Origin: a bacterium
Lineage (GTDB): Bacteria > Margulisbacteria > WOR-1 > O2-12-FULL-45-9 > XYB2-FULL-48-7
Direction of reading: 5' to 3'
Length of the DNA stretch: 64,000 bases
NCBI GenBank assembly: GCA_043812655.1
Contig: JBDRLW010000044.1
Coordinates: 32,001-96,000 of the forward strand
The notes under the pieces are model-generated. The model saw only the letters and a program-made list of their open reading frames with translations, did no database searches and was not told where the DNA came from. This document shows positions 19,621 to 28,527 of the stretch, piece by piece (position 1 is the first letter of the stretch; each line of letters begins with the position of its first letter). Made by a program: the position numbers and the translations under genes.

Positions 19621-21963
19621 ATGTCAAAATACGGATACTTTGATCAAGATAATAAGGAATATGTCATTACCCGGCCCGATACGCCGCTCCCTTGGATCAA
19701 CTATTTAGGCGCTGAAGAATATTGCGCGATAATGTCGAACACTGCCGGCGGCTACAGCTTCTATCGCGATCCCAAAGAACGGAGAATAACCCGCTATCGC
19801 TATAACAACGTGCCGATGGATCGTGGCGGCCGCTACATTTACGTCAGAGACAACAAATCTTCAGATTATTGGTCCGTCTCCTGGCAGCCGGTCATGAAAC
19901 TGGATAAATACGAATGCCGCCACGGGATCGGCTATACTACGATCGCCGCTGAATATGCCGGGGTTTCAACCAAGGCAACATACTTTGTCCCACTAGGTGA
20001 AAACTTAGAGGTCTGGATGATAGAGATATCAGCCAAGGAAGACCGTGACCTGTCACTCTTCCCCTTTGTCGAGTTCTGCCTCTGGGACGCGTTGAACGAC
20101 ATGACCGACTACCAATACAATCTCAATATCGGGCAGACAGAGTATAAAGACGGGACGATCTATCATCTTTCTAGATACCGGGTAACCCAAGACCTGCTTG
20201 CTTTCCTCGCTTGTACCAACGCCGCACCAAAAGGCTATGACACGCAACGGCGTGACTTTATGGGAACTTATGGCGACTTCTCTAACCCGAGGGCCGTGAT
20301 CGAAGGAAAGATGAATAATTCGATCGCCTGTGGCTGGTCGCCGGTCGGCGCGCTGATGATCCCCTGCCAGCTTAAAGCCGGCGAGACTAAAACCTTTATC
20401 TTTGTCCTCGGCTATTCTGAAAAATTGACGGAACCGGCCAAAAAGATCAAAAAGTTCAGCTCCAAAGAAGTGATCGAAAAAGAATTGGTCAAATTAAAGG
20501 ATTATTGGGAAGAAAATCTTAACAAATATTCGGTCCGCACCCCTGATAACGAAATGAACCTGATGGTCAACACTTGGAACCAATACCAATGCCGGACGAC
20601 ATTTAACTGGTCACGCTCTGCCTCCTATTATGAATCAGGAATTGGCCGCGGGATGGGCTTCCGCGATTCCAACCAAGACACTTTAGGCTTCGTCCACATG
20701 ATCCCGGCCAAAGTTAAAGAAAGAATTAAAGATCTGGCCGCTACCCAATTAAAAGACGGATCTGCCTACCACCAATATTCGCCGTTATCAAAAAAAGCCA
20801 ATCCTTCCGACCATAAATATGGCGACGACCATCTCTGGTTGATCTATTCAACCGCCAGCTATTTGAAAGAAACTGGCGATCTTGATTTCTTAAAAGAAAA
20901 AGTAACCTTTGCCAGTGAAGATTCGGGGACAATGTATGAACATTTAGCCCGGGCGATCGGCTTCTCGATGAAAAATATCGGTTCTCATGGCTTACCAAAA
21001 ATACTTTTTGCCGACTGGAACGATTGTTTGAACCTTGACCAAGGCAAAGGGAAGGCCGAATCGGTCATGGTCGCCCAAATGCTTGTCGGAGCGGCTTACG
21101 AAATGGCCAAGATCGCGCAGCTCCTCGGCAAAAAATCGGACATCAAAAAATACACCGACATCGCCGACAAGATGAAAGCGACCATCAACAAAAAATCGTG
21201 GGATGGAGAATGGTATGTCCGGGCTTATACCGACGATGTTGAGCCAGTCGGCGCTAAAGAATGCAAAGAAGGAAAGATCTATCTTGAAACCCAAGCTTGG
21301 GGAGTCCTTTCCGGCACTGCCGACCAAGAGCGTGGCAAACAATGCATGGATTCTGTCTACAAGCATTTATCCACCGAACACGGGATCCAAGTTATGACCC
21401 CTCCCTACTCAAAATTCTATTATCAATACGGCTCGATCGGCGTCTATCCTCCAGGCCTCAAGGAAAATGGCGGGATTTTTTGCCATCCCAATCCGTGGGC
21501 GATGGCCGCAGAGTGCATGCTGGGTCGAGGCAACCGGGCTTACGAATATTATCGGGCGATCCTGCCGGCCGCCCGGGCCCAGATCGCCGATCTCCATAAA
21601 ACCGAACCATATGTTTACTGCCAAATGATCGCCGGCAAATTCCATAAAGATTTTGGCGAAGGGAAAAACTCCTGGCTGACCGGCGCCGCCTGCTGGAATT
21701 TTGTCGCCGCTTCTCAATATATCCTTGGTGTCCAACCAGATTACCAGGGACTGCGGATCGATCCTTGCATCCCGACCGAGTGGAAAGGGTTTACCGTTAA
21801 GCGCCATTTTCGGGGAAAAGATTATTATATTACCGTCCGCAACCCGGAGAACGTCAGCAAAGGGGTTAAATCCATGGTCATAGACGGTAAAAAAACCGCC
21901 GGCAATTTGATCCCTTCTACTTTAACCGGCAAAGAGCACCACGTCGAAGTATTAATGGGATAA
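19621..21963 (+). CDS. GH94 glycoside phosphorylase (cellobiose phosphorylase-like)
   Basis: KYGYFD..EYVITRP..PWINYLG, RITRYRYNNVP, GRGMGFRDSNQD, ADWNDCLNL, KENGGIFCH, KNSWLTG. Confidence 0.9.
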   Translation: MSKYGYFDQDNKEYVITRPDTPLPWINYLGAEEYCAIMSNTAGGYSFYRDPKERRITRYRYNNVPMDRGGRYIYVRDNKSSDYWSVSWQPVMKLDKYECRHGIGYTTIAAEYAGVSTKATYFVPLGENLEVWMIEISAKEDRDLSLFPFVEFCLWDALNDMTDYQYNLNIGQTEYKDGTIYHLSRYRVTQDLLAFLACTNAAPKGYDTQRRDFMGTYGDFSNPRAVIEGKMNNSIACGWSPVGALMIPCQLKAGETKTFIFVLGYSEKLTEPAKKIKKFSSKEVIEKELVKLKDYWEENLNKYSVRTPDNEMNLMVNTWNQYQCRTTFNWSRSASYYESGIGRGMGFRDSNQDTLGFVHMIPAKVKERIKDLAATQLKDGSAYHQYSPLSKKANPSDHKYGDDHLWLIYSTASYLKETGDLDFLKEKVTFASEDSGTMYEHLARAIGFSMKNIGSHGLPKILFADWNDCLNLDQGKGKAESVMVAQMLVGAAYEMAKIAQLLGKKSDIKKYTDIADKMKATINKKSWDGEWYVRAYTDDVEPVGAKECKEGKIYLETQAWGVLSGTADQERGKQCMDSVYKHLSTEHGIQVMTPPYSKFYYQYGSIGVYPPGLKENGGIFCHPNPWAMAAECMLGRGNRAYEYYRAILPAARAQIADLHKTEPYVYCQMIAGKFHKDFGEGKNSWLTGAACWNFVAASQYILGVQPDYQGLRIDPCIPTEWKGFTVKRHFRGKDYYITVRNPENVSKGVKSMVIDGKKTAGNLIPSTLTGKEHHVEVLMG

Positions 21964-21994
21964 AAAAAGGGATGAAGCTTGGCCTTCATCCCTT
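21962..21994. terminator. Terminator hairpin between convergent genes
   Basis: AAGGGATGAAG-6nt-CTTCATCCCTT with an A-run on the left. Confidence 0.75.
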
Positions 21995-22017
21995 GGAGAA
22001 AGTATTCGACTGAACGT

Positions 22018-22872
22018 TTATTTTGTGACCGTCCCAAACCTCGTTAAACAGACGCCGCCTAAGCCGCAAAGGATGGCGATCAACTTTACTAGCGGGCCGC
22101 CGTACGGCGCCAAGCCAACCAGTGAAAGAAGAACGACCCCTAGTAGCGTCTCGACCATCATCGATTTACCTACTATTCTAAGCACGTGCAGCGTTTTCTT
22201 GCCGATCAGGTGCCCAGCCGCCACATAACCAAAGATCGCCGCGGCTACTACAATGGCGATCCAAAGAGGGATCAAAATAATGCCAATTATCGAAACAGCC
22301 AGTAAGACAACGATCGGGACTATTAGGATAACCCCCAACACCCCGACAAAGAAGTTTTTGAGCAGATCCTTTTCGAGGCAACCGGAAACTCTTCCAAGCT
22401 GCTTGGTGAACACAGCCACTAAGATCGCGGCCAGCACTAAAAACCCAAAAAAACTAATTAAGCCAAAAAAGACCATCCCTTTAAGCATCCCGCCTTTTGT
22501 GAAAAAAGAGACGGCTGGAGTTACCCCAGCGACAGAAACCTCAACAACATCACCTTTGCTGATCGCCCCTGGCTCTTTCATTATCTTACCACCAACCGCA
22601 ACAACATCCCCCCCTACCATGGCAGAATCTTTTAGGAAAACTGAACCGCCAACCGCCACTACATCTTCTGATACCTGGCCATAAACAGTTACTGAACCGC
22701 CGACTGAAACAACCGACCTTACTTCGGCTCCTTCAGGAATAGTAATGCTTTCGCCGACTTTAACTATCGCCGGTCTTTCTTTTTTAAGGCCCTGAATAGT
22801 GGCATAACTACCGGCAGCGATAAAAACTAAAAGGAGGATAACAAAAAGAGAAGCAAAAACTTTTCTTATCAT
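22018..22872 (-). CDS. Membrane protein with bactofilin-like/beta-helix repeats
   Basis: Repeated DVVAVGGSV motifs followed by 4-5 TM helices. Confidence 0.65.
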   Translation of the reverse strand: MIRKVFASLFVILLLVFIAAGSYATIQGLKKERPAIVKVGESITIPEGAEVRSVVSVGGSVTVYGQVSEDVVAVGGSVFLKDSAMVGGDVVAVGGKIMKEPGAISKGDVVEVSVAGVTPAVSFFTKGGMLKGMVFFGLISFFGFLVLAAILVAVFTKQLGRVSGCLEKDLLKNFFVGVLGVILIVPIVVLLAVSIIGIILIPLWIAIVVAAAIFGYVAAGHLIGKKTLHVLRIVGKSMMVETLLGVVLLSLVGLAPYGGPLVKLIAILCGLGGVCLTRFGTVTK

Positions 22873-22926
22873 AAACCCGCACCTCCGATAGGCATCTAAG
22901 ACTTTTGGGACAAGAAAATTATAAAA

Positions 22927-23490
22927 TTATGCCGCAGTCTTGTCAACTATCAAAACCGCGGCAGAAATAACCGTCGTCCAAAGTCCGCGTTGGCCAATGG
23001 CGCTTTGGGTAATATGAGAGGTGCGGACGATCTTATCAGAAAGTTTCCAGAGATCTTGCCGCTCGTCCCACGAAGCATCCTGGTCAAACGAGACGCCAAG
23101 GGTCGTGGCGAGCATTTGGGCCGCAATATCTTCGGCGTAATCACCGCACTCTTCGTCAGTCATGCCGTGCCCGTGGTGTTCACTCAAATAACCGTAAGAA
23201 TTGGCGTCCGCGGGAAGAGCCATCCCGATCGAAGCGGAAATTAACCGGTGGGACTCATTGGTATCATTGCGCGACATAACAATAAAAGTTATTTCCCCTG
23301 GCTTGAGCATTTTGGCCCCTTGTTCTTTGGGGACCAGTTTACAGCCTGGGGGGAAGATCGACGAAACCTGGACATAATTTACCGCTTGGATGCCGGCATC
23401 ACGCAGGGCCATCTCAAAGCTGGCCAATTTCTCTTTATGCCGCCCCACCCCTTTGGTGAGAAATATTTTATCGGGAACCATGCCGCTCAT
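22927..23490 (-). CDS. Pyruvoyl-dependent arginine decarboxylase
   Basis: [21 protein letters not shown] (SS cleavage site), YGYLSEH. Confidence 0.88.
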   Translation of the reverse strand: MSGMVPDKIFLTKGVGRHKEKLASFEMALRDAGIQAVNYVQVSSIFPPGCKLVPKEQGAKMLKPGEITFIVMSRNDTNESHRLISASIGMALPADANSYGYLSEHHGHGMTDEECGDYAEDIAAQMLATTLGVSFDQDASWDERQDLWKLSDKIVRTSHITQSAIGQRGLWTTVISAAVLIVDKTAA

Positions 23491-23503
23491 AAGGGGTATT
23501 TTA

Positions 23504-24133
23504 TCATACTAACGTATCTAAGTAACGCCAAACATCGGCTAATTGTTTGCGCTGGTTATAAATTGCCAATAATTTACCGATCGGTTGTTTATAAATGATC
23601 TGAAAATGGGGTCGGTCAGGAAACTTTGTCCAACTCCCGCCCCATTCAAAAGCGCGGCCGTTCCCCAGTCTTCCCAGCTCATTCCATCGTTCGCTGTTCC
23701 AGGTCCAGCCGTTCTTATTCTTAAAAACGACATCGATCGCTAATCCATAATTATGGTAGGAATAGCCCGGCCCAGCGTTGGTAATTATTATGCCTGGCTT
23801 GCTCCGCCCCTGGGCATATAACCCAGCCTGTTCTTCAAATGTTCTAACGCCGCAAAAAAGATACGCATTTATCTTTCTTGCATCTTCCATGAAATTATAC
23901 GCATGTTCTCTTAATCCTGGATAAAGCTTTTCAATTTTGGGGTCCTTGGCGATCGTTGGTTTTACCGCCGGCGGTTTTGGCGGCTGAGTTGGTGGTGGCT
24001 CGATCTTTTTAGGCGGCTCTACTACTTTAACGGTTGCTGGTTCTGTGGTCGTTTTTATCGGCTCTTCGGTCTTTTTACCAAAAGAGAAGAATGACCTTAT
24101 CTTTCCCAATATATCGGCAATAAAGCTGCTCAT
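23504..24133 (-). CDS. M15-family peptidoglycan endopeptidase (L-Ala-D-Glu peptidase-like)
   Basis: [35 protein letters not shown]; Pro-rich N-terminus. Confidence 0.85.
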   Translation of the reverse strand: MSSFIADILGKIRSFFSFGKKTEEPIKTTTEPATVKVVEPPKKIEPPPTQPPKPPAVKPTIAKDPKIEKLYPGLREHAYNFMEDARKINAYLFCGVRTFEEQAGLYAQGRSKPGIIITNAGPGYSYHNYGLAIDVVFKNKNGWTWNSERWNELGRLGNGRAFEWGGSWTKFPDRPHFQIIYKQPIGKLLAIYNQRKQLADVWRYLDTLV

Positions 24134-24420
24134 TTGCTCCTCCCTCTTGATCTCGAAGCTGCTTTAAGTATACCCCGATCACCTTTGATTAAAGCTAATT
24201 TTTTCGTTCTGCTCCACCCTTTTATTTGTGCTTCTCGCTTAGCCGCAGCAGATCTAGAAGGGTGTTTCTCAGAGTATCTAATCTTAACAGCTGGGTTATA
24301 CCTTGTGTAGTGGCCACCTTGCCCCGTTTGGTGTTGGCTGAATCGTCGCTCTAAATTATTTGTTATTCCGGTGTAAAAAGCTTTATTGGTACATTCGATA
24401 ATGCATACAAAATATGGCAT
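24130..24420 (-). CDS. Small GIY-YIG nuclease (UPF0213-like)
   Basis: YFVCII..FYTGITNNLERRFSQH..AAKREAQIKGWSRTKKLALI. Confidence 0.85.
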   Translation of the reverse strand: MPYFVCIIECTNKAFYTGITNNLERRFSQHQTGQGGHYTRYNPAVKIRYSEKHPSRSAAAKREAQIKGWSRTKKLALIKGDRGILKAASRSRGRSK

Positions 24421-24430
24421 TCTTTTTAGA

Positions 24431-24528
24431 CCTCGACTCTCTCGCTTCGCTCGTTCGCTCGGCCTACTTCTCCTCGGTCGAGAAGCCGGATTAATACTGA
24501 GCGAGGGAGCGGAGCGACCGAGTCGAAG
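24431..24528. repeat. REP-like palindromic repeat pair between tRNA and GIY-YIG gene
   Basis: Minus strand CTTCGAC..GCTCAG then CCGAGC..GTCGAGG, arms mutually inverted. Confidence 0.65.
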
Positions 24529-24530
24529 TA

Positions 24531-24601
24531 TTGGGGGACAGGGACTTGAACCCCGATTCTCGCCTCCAAAGGGCGGTGTCCTACCATTAGACGATCCCCC
24601 A
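24531..24601 (-). tRNA. tRNA-Gln (UUG), CCA not encoded
   Basis: TGGGGGATCGTCTAATGGTAGGACACCGCCC-TTTG-GAGGCG..GGTTCAAGTCC..TCCCCCA; U1-A72; upstream TTGATA-N17-TATAAT. Confidence 0.92.
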
Positions 24602-24628
24602 GCACTTATTTTATTATATCCGTTCGAC

Positions 24629-24656
24629 TGAAATTTATCAAATAGTTGGACGATAT
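24629..24656 (+). promoter_or_regulatory. Putative alternative-sigma promoter
   Basis: TGAAATTTATCAAATAGTTGGACGATAT immediately before SD AAGGAG. Confidence 0.55.
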
Positions 24657-24672
24657 ACATAAGGAGTTTAAC

Positions 24673-25779
24673 TTGAGCAATCTTTCATTACAAAATATAA
24701 CAGTCGGAGCACTAACCCGTCAAATCAAAAAAGGTTATCGTTATTCCGTAAAATTAACCGAACTAAAACCTTTTGTTGATGCCTTAATGAAAACCCCCCA
24801 TGATCACGAGCTGTTTTGCCAAAGAGCAACATACAGCTTAGAAGTTGACTTGAAAATTAAAGATCGGAGATCTGTCGTGCTTATGTTAAGGGATCCCATC
24901 GATGTTGAAGGGAAAAAAATAAAGGCCTTAAGACTAAAAGGGGTTTTTCCACAAAGAGGGAAGAGGCACACGGTAAAATCATACAGTGATGGTTCCGGAG
25001 TTGTTGACAGGGCTTATCTGTTTGAAGAAAAAGCCCAGATAAAAACCGGCCCATATACTCCAGGCGCAATGGGAACAATGACCGCTGGCTACTTAACGAA
25101 AGAAGTTGAGGCAGCCCAAAAATTAGACGGTCAAACAGACCTCCTTCTCGGCTACGGGATTTATGAAAACTTCACATATTTGGGGAAACCGGTTGGCTTT
25201 GTTGTTTATGGGATGGAAAGGGTTGTCGATAGTAGGATGGCCAGTTACTCAAGCCCCACAGAAATATTAGCCCTATTGAATAAAACCGGTCAGGCCCTTA
25301 GGGCTTGTCATGAAGCTGGGGTTATCCACGGTTTTCCCCATTTAGGAAATGTGGCCCTTGATCCCGGACAAAAAGTTAGGCTTGTTGACCTAGAAACCGC
25401 TTCACTTTTGCCTTATATTCCCAGCCATTTGTGGCCTTCAAATATGTATTTTGATCTAGCCAGAACTACTTGGGATATCTTTTCTATGTCAAACAACCCA
25501 GAAACATCAACTTCGGCTTTCTTTTCCGGCTATTTTTACGGCCAAGTCCCGACAAACTTTGATCCGTCTGGGATTATTTCTCCTCTTGCCTCTCTAAAAG
25601 TAAGTTCGCTTAATACCAGCGTAAGCCTTGCCGGACAGCCCCTTTATCATTCCCTTGCCGAAGTCGCGAATAACTTAACTGAAATGAAATGGTGTGACAG
25701 TTTTCCCGGCAACTTGAACGATCCCCCTTCAATCTCTAGCCAAGGTAGTTTTTTTCAATCTTCTTCTTCAACTCGTTAG
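24673..25779 (+). CDS. Orphan protein with kinase-like motifs
   Basis: LRLKG, HEAGVIHGFPHLGNV, LVDLE, YFDL resemble atypical/APH-like kinases; TTG start after AAGGAG. Confidence 0.5.
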   Translation: MSNLSLQNITVGALTRQIKKGYRYSVKLTELKPFVDALMKTPHDHELFCQRATYSLEVDLKIKDRRSVVLMLRDPIDVEGKKIKALRLKGVFPQRGKRHTVKSYSDGSGVVDRAYLFEEKAQIKTGPYTPGAMGTMTAGYLTKEVEAAQKLDGQTDLLLGYGIYENFTYLGKPVGFVVYGMERVVDSRMASYSSPTEILALLNKTGQALRACHEAGVIHGFPHLGNVALDPGQKVRLVDLETASLLPYIPSHLWPSNMYFDLARTTWDIFSMSNNPETSTSAFFSGYFYGQVPTNFDPSGIISPLASLKVSSLNTSVSLAGQPLYHSLAEVANNLTEMKWCDSFPGNLNDPPSISSQGSFFQSSSSTR

Positions 25780-26527
25780 CTAAAATCTTCCCTCGCCGCT
25801 TCATCGCCAACTCGGCACTCTTAATAAAATCATCCAAGCGGTATTTTTCTTTATCACCCCAAGCAAAATTGGGAACGTTTTTGGAGGTCATCCCACCACC
25901 AAAAAGATTAGCGCCAAAGCCGACGACCGCGCCGGTCGGAATTAGCGTTCCAATTCCCAGCTTGGCAAAATCTCCGATAATACAACCTAAAAATTGCTGT
26001 TTAGTATCAATGCCATTCATCTTAACGGTCCCATATGTGTTCTTTAAGTTAGAATTGGTCGTCCCCGCCCCTAAATTGACCCATTCCCCAATATAAGAAT
26101 GGCCGATAAAACCGTAATGGGCTTTGTTAGAATAACCGTGGAAGATCGAATGCGTCACTTCCCCGCCGATCCGGCACTCCGGCCCGATCGACAGCGGGCC
26201 GCGCAGATAGCTTTGCGGGCGAATAATTGTCCCTTTGCCGACATAGATCGGCCCGCTGCGCGCGTCAAGCACTGTCCCGGCTTCCACTTCCGCCCCCTCT
26301 TCGATCAAAACATTTTCTTTGCTATAAATAATAACGGAATGATCCACGTGACCCTTGACCCCTGCCCCCAGGATTTTTAAATCTGCTTCTAAGTCCTCCT
26401 TAAGGCTAATAATTAATTCCCAAACATATTTAATTTTCCGTTCCGGATGGTCAGCCAGCATCCTGGCTCCGCAACGCAGTTCATCAATTGTACGAATATA
26501 TGCAAGAGGTTCTTTATTATTTTTCAT
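25736..26527 (-). CDS. GlmU-like hexapeptide-repeat acyltransferase
   Basis: LbH repeats; GPIYVG, NKAHYGFIGHSYIGEWVNLGAGTTNSNLKN. Confidence 0.8.
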   Translation of the reverse strand: MKNNKEPLAYIRTIDELRCGARMLADHPERKIKYVWELIISLKEDLEADLKILGAGVKGHVDHSVIIYSKENVLIEEGAEVEAGTVLDARSGPIYVGKGTIIRPQSYLRGPLSIGPECRIGGEVTHSIFHGYSNKAHYGFIGHSYIGEWVNLGAGTTNSNLKNTYGTVKMNGIDTKQQFLGCIIGDFAKLGIGTLIPTGAVVGFGANLFGGGMTSKNVPNFAWGDKEKYRLDDFIKSAELAMKRRGKILANELKKKIEKNYLG

Positions 26528-26560
26528 ATTTTTTATCTAACAGACTTACCAACTAACCAA

Positions 26561-27778
26561 CTACACTTTCCTCTTATATCTCGGGTCTTCAAAATTATAG
26601 GTAAAGTGCGTATGGGTCTCGTAGCGGCCTTCTAAAATAGCGATCACGTCTTCAATGAAAACGATCTCTTCATCGGTCGGGATAACGTAAATTTTGATCG
26701 GTGAATCGTTCGTTGAGATCAAGGACTCTTGCCCGCGGTTGACGGCCGCTTCATTTTTCTTGTTGTCCAGCTTTAATCCAAGGCTCTCAAGGCCAGTAAC
26801 AACTTTTTCTCTAAGTCCCCAGTTTAGCTCCCCCGCCCCAGCTGTAAAAACAACGGCATCAACATTGCCTAGTGCCGCCAGATAAGAGCCGATATATTTT
26901 TTCAGCCGATAAGCCTCGATCTCCATTGCTAACGCGGCCCGGTGGTCGCCATCTTTAGCCGCTTTTTCCACGTCGCGCCGGTCCATGTATTTACCAGTGA
27001 TCCCCAGGAGCCCGCTTTTCTTATTTAAGATCGTATCGATCTCTTCAGCATAAAAACCTTCTTTTTCGATCATAAAAAGAATGATCGCGGGGTCAATGTC
27101 GCCGCAGCGCGTCCCCATCACTGCCCCTTCAAGCGGGGTTAAACCCATGCTGGTATCAACCGAGATCCCTTCTTTGATCGCAGTAATGCTCACCCCGTTA
27201 CCGATATGCATGGTGATCAAATTAGTCTCTTCCGGCTTTTTCCCTAGCAACACCGCCGCCCGCCGGGAAACATAAAGATGAGAGGTGCCGTGGAACCCGT
27301 AGCGCCTAACACCATACATCCCGTACCATTCGTAAGGAACAGGATAGATAAAAGCCTGCTCCGGCATCGTTTGGTGAAAGGCGGTATCAAAAACCGCGAT
27401 ATGGGGGATATTCGGCAAGACTTCTTTGGCCGCTTCGATCCCAGCAATATTTGGAGGATTATGAAGAGGGGCCAGGTCTTTGACCTTTTTTATGGCTTCC
27501 AGAACTTCGTCATTAATTAGGACCGAGCTTTTGAATTTTTCGCCGCCGTGGACGACCCGGTGGCCAACCGCCGATATCTCGGAAAGGTCAGCCAAAACAT
27601 TCTTATCTTTTTCGGTTAAATCCGCCAAGACATGTTTAAGCGCCGTCCGATGGTCGGCCGGGCCGCCGGTAATGCCGACCCGTTCAATTTGCCCGCTCGC
27701 CAAGGTTTGGCGGGTGCTCCACTTATATAATTTGTATTTAACCGAAGAACTACCGCAATTGAGTGCTAGAATTTTCAT
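26561..27778 (-). CDS. ackA: Acetate kinase
   Basis: LNCGSSSVK, GHRVVHGG, APLHNP, FDTAFH, YGFHGTSH. Confidence 0.96.
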   Translation of the reverse strand: MKILALNCGSSSVKYKLYKWSTRQTLASGQIERVGITGGPADHRTALKHVLADLTEKDKNVLADLSEISAVGHRVVHGGEKFKSSVLINDEVLEAIKKVKDLAPLHNPPNIAGIEAAKEVLPNIPHIAVFDTAFHQTMPEQAFIYPVPYEWYGMYGVRRYGFHGTSHLYVSRRAAVLLGKKPEETNLITMHIGNGVSITAIKEGISVDTSMGLTPLEGAVMGTRCGDIDPAIILFMIEKEGFYAEEIDTILNKKSGLLGITGKYMDRRDVEKAAKDGDHRAALAMEIEAYRLKKYIGSYLAALGNVDAVVFTAGAGELNWGLREKVVTGLESLGLKLDNKKNEAAVNRGQESLISTNDSPIKIYVIPTDEEIVFIEDVIAILEGRYETHTHFTYNFEDPRYKRKV

Positions 27779-28499
27779 AAATAATAACTCCGACCTGTAA
27801 TTTATCGGCTAGCCGCCGCCCTTCTTCCGGCCCTAAAACAAAGATCGCCGTTGATAAGGCGTCTGCTAACCCGGCATCTTTGGCGATCACGGTCACACCT
27901 TGGCATTTATCGGCCGGTTTGCCATTTCTTGGGTCGATAATATGCCCCGGCTGTTCATACTGGCCAGAAGTCGCGAGGGCATCGCCGTCATTCAAGACAA
28001 CGACGTCATTTCCACCTTTGATGCCAATCCGCCAGCCGTCCCCGATCACCGCCATCGACGAATGCATATCAATTATAGCACTTTTAACTCCCCTCTTCAG
28101 TAACAGCTGTCTAGCCGCTTCCACGGCATACCCCTTGCCTATCCCACCCAGATCAATATCCCACGCAGTTTGATTTGAGCTCACATCAAACGCGCCACCT
28201 GATAGTTTTTTTACTTTATCTGCCAGTTCCAAGCACTTGATGGTGTCTGCCGAGGGGACAAAATTTCTCTCCTTGAGTCGACCAACATCACTCTCTTTAT
28301 CAAACCGGCTGAATAATTTATCCAATCTTTTTATTTCTTGAAACGCTTGATCAGCTGAATTACCGGAGAACCAATCATTGATCTTTATCCTGACGGTCGT
28401 CCCCATGACCTGATAATTCTTTTCTATCGGCCGATTGTAATAAATAAACACTATCGCGCCGATAAAGACCAAAATTAGAAAGCCGTATCTTATTTTCAT
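27750..28499 (-). CDS. apbE: FAD:protein FMN transferase (ApbE family)
   Basis: VMGT, DLGGIGKGYAV, ATSGQYE, HIIDPR, ADALSTA; N-terminal TM anchor. Confidence 0.88.
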   Translation of the reverse strand: MKIRYGFLILVFIGAIVFIYYNRPIEKNYQVMGTTVRIKINDWFSGNSADQAFQEIKRLDKLFSRFDKESDVGRLKERNFVPSADTIKCLELADKVKKLSGGAFDVSSNQTAWDIDLGGIGKGYAVEAARQLLLKRGVKSAIIDMHSSMAVIGDGWRIGIKGGNDVVVLNDGDALATSGQYEQPGHIIDPRNGKPADKCQGVTVIAKDAGLADALSTAIFVLGPEEGRRLADKLQVGVIIYENSSTQLR

Positions 28500-28527
28500 A
28501 AATATGACGTGATATGATATAATAGCA

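Noticed and set aside
24421..24660. N-terminal extension of the 176-aa ORF 24130..24660
   Set aside because: It runs through the tRNA-Gln gene and the palindromic repeat; GIY-YIG similarity starts at ATG 24420.
23504..25779. Prophage or integrative island at tRNA-Gln
   Set aside because: No integrase, structural genes or duplicated tRNA 3' end seen in the window.
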